The translations under genes were made by a program, and so were the position numbers. A stretch of 64,000 nt of DNA from Octopus vulgaris (taxonomy: Eukaryota), in contig OX597836.1 in the NCBI GenBank assembly GCA_951406725.2, positions 42,222,001 to 42,286,000 on the forward strand. The letters run 5' to 3'. Of this stretch, positions 1-39,022 are shown one piece after another. Within the stretch, counting starts at the first letter, position 1; every line of letters starts with the position of its first letter. The notes beneath the pieces were generated by a model. The model saw nothing but the letters and a program-made list of their open reading frames with translations. It did not search any database and had not been told where the DNA came from.

Positions 1-159
1 AATTTTAGGAGGACATTCGTCATGGTCCTAGCTGTATTTTCGTCAACTTATTTTTCCCAGAGGCACCAGCGAATAGCGATAAAAATTAATTTTCAATCAA
101 AACTTTTAGTCGGAGAAATCCACCATTGTTTGCCTTCTAACGACGATTAAGTTTTGCCG

Positions 160-243
160 AGGATCTTTGCGTTTTGACCGGCAGATTTCGAAAATAATTT
201 TTTGTAAGTAAACACTTTCAAACTTCGTATACTGGTAGAATGT
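160..243 (+). mobile_element. Fragment of the GGATCTTT-TIR MITE family
   Basis: ggatctttgcgttttgaccggcag...aaacttcgtatactggtagaatgt matches 59040-59140, 62102-62529 and 62758-63195. Confidence 0.6.
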
Positions 244-312
244 AATTGGTAGGGAGGCACTTCACGAAACTGAGGAATTACCAAAACTAATGGAGGACCG
301 AGATACCTGACA

Positions 313-985
313 TAATTTTTTTCCTACTATAGGCACAAAGCCTGAAAACTTGGACGAATGGTTTAGTTAATTATATTGACCCCAGTACTCAACTGGTATT
401 CTATTGACCTTGAAAGGATGAAAGGCCAAGTCAACCTTGGTAGTATCTGAACTGAGAACATAAAAGAGCCAGGAGCAAAACTGGTATTTTGTCTAGCAAG
501 GTAACGATTCTGTCAGCTTGAGGCCCTAACCTGACATATCACTAGGGTTTCAAATTTTGGCACAAGGCCAGCAATTTCAGGGGTGAGCGTAAATTACATC
601 AACCCCAGTGCTCAACTGGTACTTATTTTCTTGACCCCCAAAAGAACAAAAGGCAAAACTGACTCCAGCAGAATTTGAACTCAGAACGGGAAGGCGGACG
701 AAATGCCAATAACCATTTTGCCCAGCATGCTAATGATTCTACCTGTTTGACACCTTAATACAGAGAATAATATTGATTTCGCATTTTGGCACAAGGCCAG
801 CAAATTCAACGAATCGGGTAGAAAGCTGATTACATCGACCCCAGTGCTCAATTAGTACTTATTTTATTGACCCCGAAAGGATTAAAGGTAAAACTGACAT
901 CAGCAGAATTTGAACTCAGAATGTAAAGACGGACGAAAATCTGTTAAGTATTTTGCCTGGTACAGTAACGACTCTGCCAGCTTGC
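313..985 (-). mobile_element. Cluster of three degenerate tRNA-related SINE copies (also present at 35160-35830)
   Basis: Repeated gaccccagt...ggtacttatttt...gaccccgaaaggatgaaaggc...gaatttgaactcagaa core. Confidence 0.8.
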
Positions 986-1077
986 TCTTCTTTAGCAGAC
1001 ATATCATAATAAAATTCTTCACGGTAGCAGCTACTTGAAGAATGAATAACAGATACCAACCCATCCTTCCATTAATC

Positions 1078-1368
1078 CTGTGCTTCTCAACAATTTTCTG
1101 CCCTCTGGACCACTTTGGTTCCTATTTTACTCAAAGAGATCTTCTTAACCATTCAATGTTTAAAAAATCCCATTCTTTTATTTTTTTATTCTTTTATGCA
1201 TTTCAACCCTAAGGCTGTGGCCATGCTGGGGCACCTTGTTATTGTATTAAAAAAGTTGTTAAAATATTTTTTTGTATTTTAGAATATAACCAATTTATTG
1301 CACATAAATTGTAACAGAACCTTATTTGAGCCCCTAAGGGTCATGTAGACCCAGGCTGAAAACCACTG
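1078..1368. mobile_element. hAT (Charlie-like) MITE with 8-bp TSD cattaatc; paralogue at 35917-36207
   Basis: Degenerate CAGTGGTTCTCAAC-type termini; cattaatc at 1070-1077 and 1369-1376. Confidence 0.75.
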
Positions 1369-1492
1369 CATTAATCCATCCCTCCATTTTTCACTCAACC
1401 CATATATCCATCAATCAAGCCATCAATCTGTCAATCATCAATGAATCCCGCAATCAATCAGCAATTACAATACATGCTATAATTAACCATAC

Positions 1493-26665
<25,173 letters not shown>

Positions 26666-26745
26666 ACTGATAATTTAGAAATTTCTTTCGTCTTTCTGAA
26701 TTTTCAAAAGCTGGAATTCTGGTGAAGATAAACAGAAGAGATAAT
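26666..26745 (-). promoter_or_regulatory. Probable splice acceptor (exon starts at 26718) plus 53-nt 5' UTR upstream of the copy A ATG
   Basis: Minus strand reads ttatctcttctgtttatcttcaccag|AATTCC...TAA ATT ATC AGT ATG G; this implies an upstream non-coding exon that I did not locate. Confidence 0.5.
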
Positions 26746-27627
26746 TGTTGTGTCATGGGATAAAGTGGAACCCTCAACTATGTATGATGCTTAGAAAAAT
26801 AAAATTTTATAAATTTTCCACAAGAACAAAGTCTACATCAAACTTAGGTGATGGGACACTTGCAAATGATGGAGGGTTCGAAGAAGTCGTAGAGGATTCT
26901 GTTGTTGAATTGCTCGTGTCCCAGATAGATTGTTAATTAATCAAGGAACTGATTTTGTTAGATCAAGAGTAAAATGAGTAATGGTCGTGCCGGATATCTT
27001 GGAAGTTTCAGATTAGTATGAATGGAAATAAAAATAAGAGCTTTTTACGGTTATCTCTTTAGATTTTCAGGAGAAAATTGTAACCAGCAGTGGTTTGTTA
27101 TGGTGTTTTGTATCCGAAGCAAATGAGTGCTGGCTATAATTTCTTTAGGAAATCTTTAGAGATGACTTTAACATGTGATTTAATAGCACTGCTAACACAG
27201 GAGAAAACAGTATTGACTTATAAAAGTATTTAATATATTTTGCTGTATATTCATCATCATCATCATCATCGTTTAACATCTGCTTTCCATGCTAAACAGA
27301 TGGCTGCACCAGGCTCCAATCTGATCTGGCAGAGTTTCTACAACTTGATGCCCTTCAGCTGGATGTCATCGGCACGAGGGCCAGTCAGGCGGTACTGGCA
27401 ACGGCCACGCTCAAATGGTACTTTTTATGTGCCAGCTGCACAGGAGCCAGTCCAGCGGCACTGGCAACGACCTCGCTTGAATGGTACTTTTTATGTGCCA
27501 CCAGCAAAAGTTCCAGTAAGTTGCTGACATAATTGTTTCTCGTACGTATGTATGTATGTGTGTGTGTGTATGTATGTGTGAACGTATGAACATATGTATG
27601 TGTACGTGTGCTTGTGTGAGCAAATGC

Positions 27628-27685
<58 letters not shown>

Positions 27686-27850
27686 ATGCATGTGTGTATT
27701 ATGATTGAAAGCGGAGACAGATGCACACGTAACTGGAATTCCACACAGGCTTTTAAAAAATGAGCTGTGAGTCATCAGTATACATGCACAATTGTACAAA
27801 CGGGGAGAGAGAGAGTGAAGGAGAAAGAGAGAGAAGGAGAGAGAGAGAAG

Positions 27851-27887
<37 letters not shown>

Positions 27888-28041
27888 TAAGAGAGACTGA
27901 CTGACAGTCAGAGACAGACAGAGGCAGAGACAGAGGGAAACAGTGATATTAATCACATCCTTATTCGAGTGTAAAGTATTATTACCCAAAAATGAATTCT
28001 AAATAATGTTTCATTCTGAGGGTTAGGACATTATCACGGCC

Positions 28042-28531
28042 AGATTATATCATAACACTGAGATTATATCATAACGATGAGATTATATCATAACACTGAG
28101 ATTATATCATAATACTGAGATTATATCATAACACTGAGATTATATCATAACACTGAGATTATATCATAACACTGAGATTATATCATAACACTGAGATTAT
28201 ATCATAATACTGAGATTATATCATAACACTGAGATTATATCATAACGCTGAGATTATATCATAACACTGAGATTATATCATAACGCTGAGATTATATCAT
28301 AACGCTGAGATTATATCATAACGCTGAGATTATATCATAACACTGAGATTATATCATAACACTGAGATTATATCATAACACTGAGATTATATCATAACAC
28401 TGAGATTATATCATAACACTGAGATTATATCATAACACTGAGATTATATCATAACACTGAGATTATATCATAACGCTGACATTATATCATAACGCTGAGA
28501 TTATATCATAATATTGAGATTATATCATAAC
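28042..28531. repeat. 19-bp minisatellite GAGATTATATCATAACACT, about 26 copies
   Basis: Directly visible; variants aacgct/aatact. Confidence 0.95.
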
Positions 28532-28579
28532 AATGCAAGAACAGAACTATTATGAAGAAAACTAGTTTCAGTTTTACAA

Positions 28580-28925
28580 TTTTCAGTTAGGGGCCCAGTC
28601 CCTCCGAACGTCTTAAATGCCACAAGTTGGAAGAGAATGTTCACTGTTAGGTCCCAATACTTCAGGGTTTTCTTCTATTCGGCTACGGAAGCAGTAACCC
28701 TCCCATTAATTGCAGCATCCAGGATGTGGTGGGGGAAAAATGAGTTTCAGACTGTGGGTTCCCAAATGAGGCGCTTACCTCTGACCTAGGGACAGAGGGT
28801 AAGACCATCTGGTCTCTTTCCACCACTTCGGGATAACCCCAACGGCTCCTGGACTGAGAAGATATTAATCTGAGCCAGGGTTTGCTTAATAATTAGGTTT
28901 AGCTCGGTGTGATGAGCAAAACAAA
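28580..28925 (-). mobile_element. CRE/NeSL-like non-LTR retrotransposon RLE endonuclease remnant
   Basis: HHTELNLIIKQTL...EPLGLSRSGGKRPDGLTLCP*..GKRLIW...AE*KKTLKY...FKTFGG, with stops. Confidence 0.7.
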
Positions 28926-29999
28926 CCAGCATTTGGGTGGTAAGGCAGACTGTGAAGACCTGTGGGGTTGAAGGGGCTACTAAATTTCTCTCACTCTCTC
29001 CTCCTGTACCTAGCAGCTCACCCGCGACAGACCAAGGTCCCATCCAGGAGGAGAATCTATACGTCCTTGAAACCGGGAAACTGGTCCTTAGGAGCCAGGA
29101 ATGGCTCGAGAAGGAACAAACAACATCTTACAACTAAAGCAAAATTTTTTCAAGTCCCCTTGAAATACTATTGTGGGTCCCCAATTCACTATTTTGTTGT
29201 GTAGACCCTAAAAGAACTTTTATGGACCCTGGTTGAGAACCACCGATCTAGACTGAGTAGACCCCCAATGTGGCCACAGGCATCAATCCAGTTCCCCGAG
29301 AATTTTGCATGAGCTGAAATTAGGTGACACCTTGAAAATTAATCAGATTGATCAAGGAGAGAGTTGAGAGTGGCACCTGAATGCAGATTGTCCGATACTC
29401 TCTATTTCCATCAATCCTCCACTATAACCGGAACTGACAAACCCAGCTCTCTCCCCACTGTAATAGAGCTTCATCCATCTCCCTTTTGGAGTTAGTCCAT
29501 GTTGGAGGAGAGAAGATGCTGCCTGCCAGAGGGGAACAGGCGTGGTTGGAATATGGTGTTTTGTGTGTGTGTGTGTACAACATGGTCACGGTCCAATGAC
29601 TGAAACAAATAAAAGGTATTTAAAATAATAATCACCTGCTCCTGACGTTGATGTCCTTTAAACTCCCTTCAATACTGAACAAGCAGACCTATAGGTTCAA
29701 AAAGACGTCTTAGCTGTGACCATCACCTCTTATTTTAAAACACTGTGTATCTAGGGCTATAGAATCCAATGTGCCTAGATCTTCTTCATTCTTTAACGAC
29801 GACAGCGGTTGATATAAATGTGGAAAAACTGAATTTTTCTCCTTCATTACCTCACGAAAACTACACACTGAATGAATATCCGGGTGGGTTATTCCCCACT
29901 CCCTGTCACAGTCTAATTACTCTATCGGCTCAAGTGTTCTATATAATTTGATAGACACCAGATTTTGATTCGTTGTCCTTTCTTCTCTATATCTTTCTC

Positions 30000-30128
30000 C
30001 AGTCTCTCTCTTTCTTTCTTTCTTCCTTTCTTCCATTCTTTCTTTCTTTCTTTCTTTCTTTCTTTCACTCTCTCTCCCATCTCATATTTCTCCAATCTCT
30101 GTCAAGAGCACTCTCTCTATCTCTCTAT

Positions 30129-30188
<60 letters not shown>

Positions 30189-30193
30189 GCCTA

Positions 30194-30232
<39 letters not shown>

Positions 30233-30273
30233 CTCTTTCTCTCTCTCTCTCTCACACACATACTCTCTATCTA

Positions 30274-30310
<37 letters not shown>

Positions 30311-30316
30311 ACCTAC

Positions 30317-30377
<61 letters not shown>

Positions 30378-30384
30378 CACCTAC

Positions 30385-30427
<43 letters not shown>

Positions 30428-30432
30428 CCTAC

Positions 30433-30505
<73 letters not shown>

Positions 30506-30510
30506 CATCC

Positions 30511-30568
<58 letters not shown>

Positions 30569-30570
30569 AT
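30000..30570. repeat. Compound (CTTT)/(CT)/(CTAT)n microsatellite
   Basis: Directly visible. Confidence 0.95.
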
Positions 30571-30644
30571 AACTATCACTTTTCTTCGTATATCTTTCCT
30601 GTATCTGTCTAGTATTTAGTGCTATCGGAGAGTCTATGTGACAT

Positions 30645-30825
30645 TTCAAATGCTGTATGCACGGATCTCAAACGCCTACCTCCTTTATCTCTTCCCAGGT
30701 AGAGAAACCTGTCGATATCACAATTTCTGTGGAGATTTCTGGTTGACATCAGAACCTAGCGGGTGTTAATGTCTATGCAGTGGATTTCTTCTACAGACCA
30801 GTCAAGCGTCCCAAATGTCGGAATT
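30645..30825 (-). mobile_element. R4/Dong-like non-LTR retrotransposon remnant (post-RT region)
   Basis: IPTFGTLDWSVEEIHCIDINTR*VLMSTRNLHRNCDIDRFLYLGRDKGGRRLRSV resembles FG...W...E...D..TRK...H...D.DRLY..R..GGRGL. Confidence 0.7.
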
Positions 30826-31140
30826 GTTCCAGGAATTTATGTATTCGTTGGAGGTACTCGAAGTTTTTCATGAGAACATACAGAACACTTTTGGCGCCCA
30901 TTATTTTGTGTGCTAAACCCAAAACATCTACTGATGTGTGTGTTTGTGTGTGTGTGTAGAAATTGAATTTCTCTTCCTGGCTGTGATTCGAATTTCCAAT
31001 CTAAAACTTCTCTCTTGCCATTCGACCTATGGTTCTGTCAATAAGGGAACCATGATTAAGGTATTTCCCTCTTGTAACGGTTAGTACTTCGTTGCAGTTG
31101 AGGGTCACCAATTGCAACGGTTTTTGTTAAGGTGTTAAAT

Positions 31141-31410
31141 AAGTACCAGATACGCACTGGGGTCGATATAATCCACTTAATCCGTTTGTCTGTCCTTGTT
31201 TGTCCTCTCTGTGTTTAGCCCCTTGTGGGTAGTAAAGAAATAGGTATTTCGTCTGTCGCTACGTTCTGAGTTCAAATTCCGCCGCGGTCGACTTTGCCTT
31301 TCATCCTTTCGGTGTCGATTAAATAAGTACCAGTTACGTACTGGGGTCGATGTAATCGACTTAATCTGTTTGTCTGTCCTTGTTTGTCCTCTATGTGTTT
31401 AGCCCCTTTA
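31141..31410 (+). mobile_element. SINE dimer
   Basis: Same SINE family in forward orientation. Confidence 0.8.
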
Positions 31411-31867
31411 GATCTAATCGACTGGCCCCCTTCCCCAAAATTTCGAGTAGAAAAGTATATTACTATAAATACAAACATTTGGAGAGACAACAGAGAGAGA
31501 GCAGGCCGACCGGTTCCAAATACCATCTCGACAGAACGTCATAGAGGGACAGCTATGGAATTCCCCAACGATACAGTTGTCCAGTCAACCCCTCTCTTAC
31601 TTTCTTACCCACTCACTTTCATTTCGACAACATCACTTGATTTATTTATGTACGGCTGCTAGAACGCTATCCACCCTTTCACTAGAAAATATATCTCTCG
31701 TTACCTCGTATGCTATCCAACTGTTTTCATACACGTCTACCCGTCGTGGTTTGGCTGTAATTATATGTAGTGGAGAAATAAATACGTTATTCACCACTTC
31801 GGCCACTGTCTTTCTTTCGTGAAATCAACATCATCTTCGCATTCCAGCATATTGCATTATCCGCTAC

Positions 31868-31957
<90 letters not shown>

Positions 31958-31980
31958 GTGTATACGTTTATATATATATA

Positions 31981-32043
<63 letters not shown>

Positions 32044-32257
32044 CTAACCTCCATGATTGACTGCTAACTCCAAAAGTTTCTTTTCATGCTCTCTCTCTCC
32101 CTCCCCCCCTCTCTCTCTGTTTATTTCACCGTGTTCCTTTCTGTAGACTTTCTCACCTTCCCGGGCGTCAGACTAATACACCTGTTTGTTGTTTATACAC
32201 CTGTCTTTGTCATTTGTTTTTCTGTAAATTTCAACTATACATACATATGTACATACA

Positions 32258-32305
<48 letters not shown>

Positions 32306-32310
32306 CATAC

Positions 32311-32348
<38 letters not shown>

Positions 32349-33736
32349 TGATAGAAATGGTAAGACAGCAAAAGAATGAAAGAAAACTCGATATTATGTA
32401 AATAGAGGAATTTATCTGTAAATATATTAGGTGACAATTATTCGGTAATTTGCTGATTGGTTGGTATTAGGAAAGGCATCCAGCTGAAAAATTCCCGCCA
32501 AAACTGTCACAGAAGTCTGGTGCACGGAAGTTAAATGAGGATGATGAAGATGATGACAGACTTCACCAGGACTATAATCACTAAACTGTCCCCTATCAGC
32601 CTTCCCCTTATTACATCCTGGGAACACAACCAAGTCTTTAGCTAAACCATATATATATATGAGTGACACTATGTCGGTTACAATGACGAGGGTCCCAGTT
32701 GATCTGATCAACGGAACGTCCTGCCGTGGAATTAACGTGAAAGTGGCTGAGTACTCCACAGACACATATACACTTAACGTAGTTCTCGGGGAGATTTCAG
32801 CATGATGCAGGGTGTAATTGGGCTGGCCCTTTGAACCATAGGTATTTCTCATGTTCGCCAGGTGAGTGGACTGGAGCAACGTGAAATAAAGTATCTTGCT
32901 CAAGGATACAACGCGCCAACGGGAATCGAACTAAGGGCCTTACGACCGCGAGACGAATGGCCCCTTGCCACTAAGTCACGTGTCTTCAAAAATACTATAT
33001 ACATATAAATGCACATATGAATACGTGCCCAAACAGGGTGTTAAAGGTTCAGGCATCTGCACCCCTATTCAAACCCCACCAAAGAACTCCGAAAACATTT
33101 ATCAACCCTACACGCCTACCAACCCCTACACGCCTACCAACCCCTTAACACCCTACACGCCTACCAACCCCTTAACACCCTACACATATTTCTACCCAAC
33201 AGATTCGCATTCTTATAGCCAAACATAAGAATTTAGAGACCAGGGGACGTAACTCTGAGTAAATTCCACACAATTATTTTCCGTGACTTCATTTCGTTCC
33301 CGCTCTCTCCTTTTTACAACAACCACAAACGAAATGTGGCATTTTGTCACCTTCTGCCGCAAGGAACAGTCGAATATTTATTCTATGCCTTCCGTCTCTG
33401 ACTCGGAAACACATGTGTTTTAGATAACCATCCAGCTATCCAATATCTGGTTATCTGACAATAATTTTTACTTTAAACAGAATACTTTTTCTCGAGTATT
33501 TATTTACTATTTTTCGTTTTGGGATTTGGTTTGCAGGAGTCTTTATATGAGTTCGTGTGTTGAAGCATATTCTATTGTGTCTGAGGAGAGTCGTTTTCTT
33601 TTTCTGCCTTATTATGTAACACACTCACCGGTAAAATTTCCACGTTTTTCTTATTTTTATTATCCTAAAATTTTCGTTGCGTCTTGCAACCTTTTCAATC
33701 GTTTTATTTATTATTCTTTAACAAGAACAGCTTTGA

Positions 33737-33780
33737 CACGGCTTCGAAGTTTCGGCTTGCTTATCCTTCATCAGACTGTG
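33737..33780 (-). ncRNA. Broken hammerhead-like motif in the putative 3' UTR of copy B
   Basis: cacagt-CTGATGA-agg...cc-GAAA-cttcgaag-C-cgtg; core present, cleavage-site U and part of stem I missing. Confidence 0.4.
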
Positions 33781-33862
33781 ATATGTTTGAGTTCATCTAT
33801 TAAACTGCCCACAGCTATAATGTAGTCAATCATACCAAAAATGTTAAATCATAAACCATTCT

Positions 33863-34183
33863 TTATTCTACAATCTTTAATCGTTGTTGAATGTCGATTT
33901 CATATAAATTAGATCGCCGTCCGCAAAGTTTATGAATATAATTCTCTCGAGAACAATTAAAATAAAGCATGAAACTTTTGCAATGATGACAAAGAACAGG
34001 GATTGAGTCCATGAGGAGTCCAGCCCGTTCTTCATTTTGGGTGAGTTTATCTACCAGCAGTATTTTCAAGGACTGGTACTTGGCAATAGCATCGGAATAT
34101 CGTAGCTTTTGTTTCTCATTTACACTTCGTTTCAATAGTTGTCTTATTTCGTTCAAAAGATTCACCAAATGAATCAGCTGGTT
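33863..34183 (-). CDS. Copy B terminal coding exon 10 ([15 protein letters not shown]...[11 protein letters not shown])
   Basis: acceptor tttctttttatttctag|AAC, phase 0 after LENPQ; contains ORF 33863-34168; AATAAA on the minus strand at 33703-33708. Confidence 0.75.
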   Translation of the reverse strand, partial: NQLIHLVNLLNEIRQLLKRSVNEKQKLRYSDAIAKYQSLKILLVDKLTQNEERAGLLMDSIPVLCHHCKSFMLYFNCSRENYIHKLCGRRSNLYEIDIQQRLKIVE

Positions 34184-34215
34184 CTAGAAATAAAAAGAAA
34201 GTGAAATTAATATAG

Positions 34216-34310
<95 letters not shown>

Positions 34311-37300
34311 CTTCATCATCATCATTTAACGTCCGTTTCCTATGCTGGCATGGGTTGGACAGTTTGACTGAGGACTGGCAATCCTGTACGATGCACCAGG
34401 CTCCAATCTGATCTGGTAAGGTTTCTACAGCTGGATGCCTTTTCTAATGCTAACCACTCTGAGAGTGTAATTCATGCTTTTTACGTGCCACCAACACGGG
34501 AGCCAGTCAGGTGGCGCTGGCACTGACCACGTTTGGATGGGGCTTTTTATGTGCCACCAGCACGGGGAGCCAATCAAGAAGCACTAGCATCGTCCTGATG
34601 CTGGAGTTGACTTTGCTCAAATCATAGAACTGAGAAGCAGGACTGGCACCAGGTCCTATGTTCTGATGCTTTTTTTTTCCCAGGAAGAAAAATGGAATGT
34701 TGCATCGCTTCATATTTTCTTTTAGTTTGTCTTCGAACAACAAGAGTGGCCTTCCAACAGACATTCCTGTTGGAAAATGGCCAAAGAGAAGTTGCTTTAG
34801 AATTCTAATATCACTCATACATGAGAGATGATCTCATACATTCTGGAAACTACCATACCTATTTATTTACTGCCCACAAGGGGCTAAACATAGAGGGGAT
34901 AAACAAGGACAGACAAACGGATTAAGTCGAATACATCGACCCCAGTGCGTAACTGGTACTTATTTAATCGACCCCGAAAGGATGAAAGACAAAGTCGACC
35001 TCGGCGGAATTTGAACTCAGAATGTAGCGGCAGACGAAATACTGCTAAGCATTTTGCCCGGCGTGCTAACGTTTCTGCCATTGAAGTAATTGGTAGGGAG
35101 GCACTTCACGAAACTGAGGAATTACCAAAACAAATGGAGGACCGAGATACCTGACATAATTTCTTTCGTAGTATAGGCACAAAGCCTGAAAACTTGGACG
35201 AATGGTCTAGTTAATTATATTGACCCCAGTACTCAACTGGTATTCTATTGACCTTGAAAGGATGAAAGGCCAAGTCAACCTTGGTAGTATCTGAACTGAG
35301 AACATAAAAGAGCCAGGAGCAAAACTGGTAAGTATTTTGTCTAGCAAGGTAACGATTCTGTCAGCTTGAGGCCCTAACCTGACATATCACTAGGGTTTCA
35401 AATTTTGGCACAAGGCCAGCAATTTCAGGGGTGAGTGTAAATTACATCAACCCCAGTGCTCAACTGGTACTTATTTTCTTGATCCCCAAAAGAACAAAAG
35501 GCAAAACTAACTCCAGCAGAATTTGAACTCAGAACGTGAAGGCGGACGAAATGCCAATAACCATTTTGCCCAGCATGCTAATGATTCTACCTGTTTGACA
35601 CCTTAATACAGAGAATAATATTGATTTCGCATTTTGGCACAAGGCCAGCAATTTCAACGAATCGGGTGGAAAGCTGATTACATCGACCCCACTGCTCAAT
35701 TGGTTCTTATTTTATTGACCCCGAAAGGATGAAAGGTAAAACTGACATCAGCAGAATTTGAACTCAGAATGTAAAGACGGACGAAAAGTATTTTGCCTGG
35801 TACAGTAACGATTCTGCCAGCTTGCTCTTCTTTAGCTGACATATCATAATAAAATTCTCACGGAAGCAGCTACTTGAAGAATGAAGAACAGATACCAACT
35901 CATCCTTCCATTAATCCTATGCCTCTCAACCATTTTCTGCCCTCTGGACCACTTTGGTTCCTATTTTACTCAAAGAGATCTTCTTAACCATTCAATGTTT
36001 AAAAAATCCCATTCTTTTATTTTTTTATTCTTTTATACATTTCAACCCTAAGGCTGTGGCCATGCTGGGGCACCTTGTTATTGTATTAAAAAAGTTGTTA
36101 AAATATTTTTTGTATTTTAGAAGTATAACCAATTTATTGCACGTAAATTGTAACAGAACCTTATTTGAGCCCCTAAGGGTCATGTAGACCCAGGTTGAAA
36201 ACCACTGCATTAATCCATCCTTCCATCTTTCACTCAACCTATATATCCATCAATCAAGCCATCAATCTGTCAATCATCAATGAATCCCGCAATCAATCAA
36301 CAATTACAATACATGCTATAATTAACCATACCTGAGGGTTTTCCAAATTGAGATAAACCAGGTGTTCGAAGGCCATTGAGAAAACTTCAACCTCTGATAC
36401 GCTGCTCAACAAATGGTCGGTGTTACCTTTCAATATGTCCTGAAAAATAATCTTGGCTTTATCGAATTCCTCTTTCAGCAGGTAGTAGTGAGCAATTGCG
36501 TGAATGACCTTTATCTTTCCAATGAAGTTTGGGTTTATCTGGTTGTAGATATCCAAAGCCTCATGAAAATATTTCAGGCTGTTGGAGATTTCACTCCTGG
36601 AATATGATGGCCATAGTGGTTCAATGGTAAGATCGAGTTCAAAGTAGTAGTGGTGGTGGTGTTGGTGGTGGTGGTGTTGGTGGTGGTGGTGGTGGTGATA
36701 GTGGCAATGATGGTGGTGACAGTGATGTTGATTGTAGTGGTGGTGGTGGCAGTCGTGGTGATAATGATAATGATGGTAGTAGTGTTGATGATGGTGGTGG
36801 TCTGAGGATGATGGTGGTGGTAGTAGTAATAGTACAGGTGGCAGTGATAGTGGTGAGTGGCGGTGATGGTGATGATGGCGGCAGTGGTGATGATGGTGGG
36901 GATTATAGTGGTGGTGGTGGTGATTGTAGTGATGGTGGTAGTGGTGACAGCAGTGATGGTAATCATGGTGGTAGTGGTGGCGATGGTGGTGGTGGTTTTG
37001 GTAATAGTAATGGTAGCAATGGTAGCAATGTTACTGGTAGAGCTGGTGGTGGTGGTGGTAGTGATTGGTCGATACAAACAAAATCAGAGGGAAAATTAAA
37101 TATCAGTAAAAAAAAAAGATACTTATTTTGATACATACCTGTTATCTTTTATTTGTTTCAGCCATTAGACTGAGGTCATGCTGGGGCATTGTCAGGAAGA
37201 AATTTTTAGTCAAATGAATCGACTCCCCACTACTTATTCTATCAGTCTCTTTTGCTGAACAGCTAAGTTACTCCATTTTCCTCTATTATTTTTGTACGTA

Positions 37301-37312
37301 TATATGTATGTG

Positions 37313-37369
<57 letters not shown>

Positions 37370-37972
37370 GTTGCTTCTTTTCTCGTATATGTATATATAT
37401 ATATATACACGATGGGTTTCTTTCAGCTTCTGTCTTCTAAATCCACTCACAAGGCTTTCGTTTGTCCAAGGCTATAGAATAAGACACTTGCTCAAGGTGC
37501 TAAGCAGTGGGACTGAACCTAGAACCATGTGATAGAGAAATAAGTTTCCTACCACGCGACCATGCCTGTGCCCTGTAAGAAGACCTTCACCACCACACGT
37601 ATAAGAGGCACAAGTGACAAATTCTGAGAGCCAAGATCAAGGAGAGTAAAACGGTTGAAGCATCCTGTTGAGCCAAGGATGATCTGGTTCTCCTCAGAAC
37701 TTCTGCTAGCACCAGTTGCATAACACCCAGAACAACAAGTTGCTTACATTCCATGCGATGACCCAAACATCATGAAAACCAATTTACCACCAACTCTGAT
37801 GGTCTTAGAGTGTGTCTTGAACGACGGTGACATCATGCCACCCTACATCTTTGAACAGTGCCTTCGGCTCAATTGAGACAGTTGTGTGAAACCGCATGAG
37901 ACTGTGGCCAAGCCATGTCTGGAGAGGATTGCTGCTGGAAGGCAGTCTCATGACTAAAACAAGTAACAGATG

Positions 37973-38004
<32 letters not shown>

Positions 38005-38840
38005 TATATAAATATATATGCTCACGCATATATACACACATATATATACACAGGTATACATATATATTCTTTCTATCACTCTGTCATTTCTCTCTCTACC
38101 TTTCTTTAATTCTTTTTATCTCCTCTTCTCCCCCTTTCGTTTTTTTCTCTAACATCCTTTCTCTAATTTTTTTCCTTTCCCCTTTGCCGTTCTCTCTCTG
38201 TCCCTCCCTCTCCCTCACTCTTCGTCCTATGCTCTTTTGTGGCTTCCATGTGACCATCGACCATCTTTCTTTCCTTTCCTAACTCGAGTTTATTTCTTTC
38301 CATCTGATTCAGCTGTAGGGATGAGATGCATTCTTGTCTGTCCCTTGTCCAAGCTTGTTCCTCCGCGTTTGCCACCTCACCTCATTTAGGGCAAGCAGCT
38401 GTTTCTCTTCCTTTTCAATGTCCTGTATTTGTTACAAATTTTGACCCTCCACAAAATCCCAAATCTTATTTAATTTGCTTTGTGGGAGCAACTGTTTTGT
38501 GAAAGGCGTATCTTGTCGTGAATTACTAAAAATACAGATTAGAAAAACTGCCGACAACAGATTAAGGATCGTTTTTATATTGTTTGTCTTGATTCCCCTT
38601 TGTATCTTTCATTGTTCAAACAAATGTTTATCTTCCATGTATTCATATTCGTATTTCATGTTGTTTATGTTCTGTGACACCCTGTGCCCACATGTGCATA
38701 TGTATATGCATATATATGTATGGACATATATGTATGTATACATATATATATATCATTTATATTATATATATATATTTAAACACACACACACATATATATG
38801 TACACACACATGTATATATATATATATATATTATATATGT

Positions 38841-38924
<84 letters not shown>

Positions 38925-38926
38925 GT

Positions 38927-39022
<96 letters not shown>

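Noticed and set aside
31480-31860. Possible RT remnant (RGTAMEFP)
   Set aside because: Similarity too short and interrupted to support a call.
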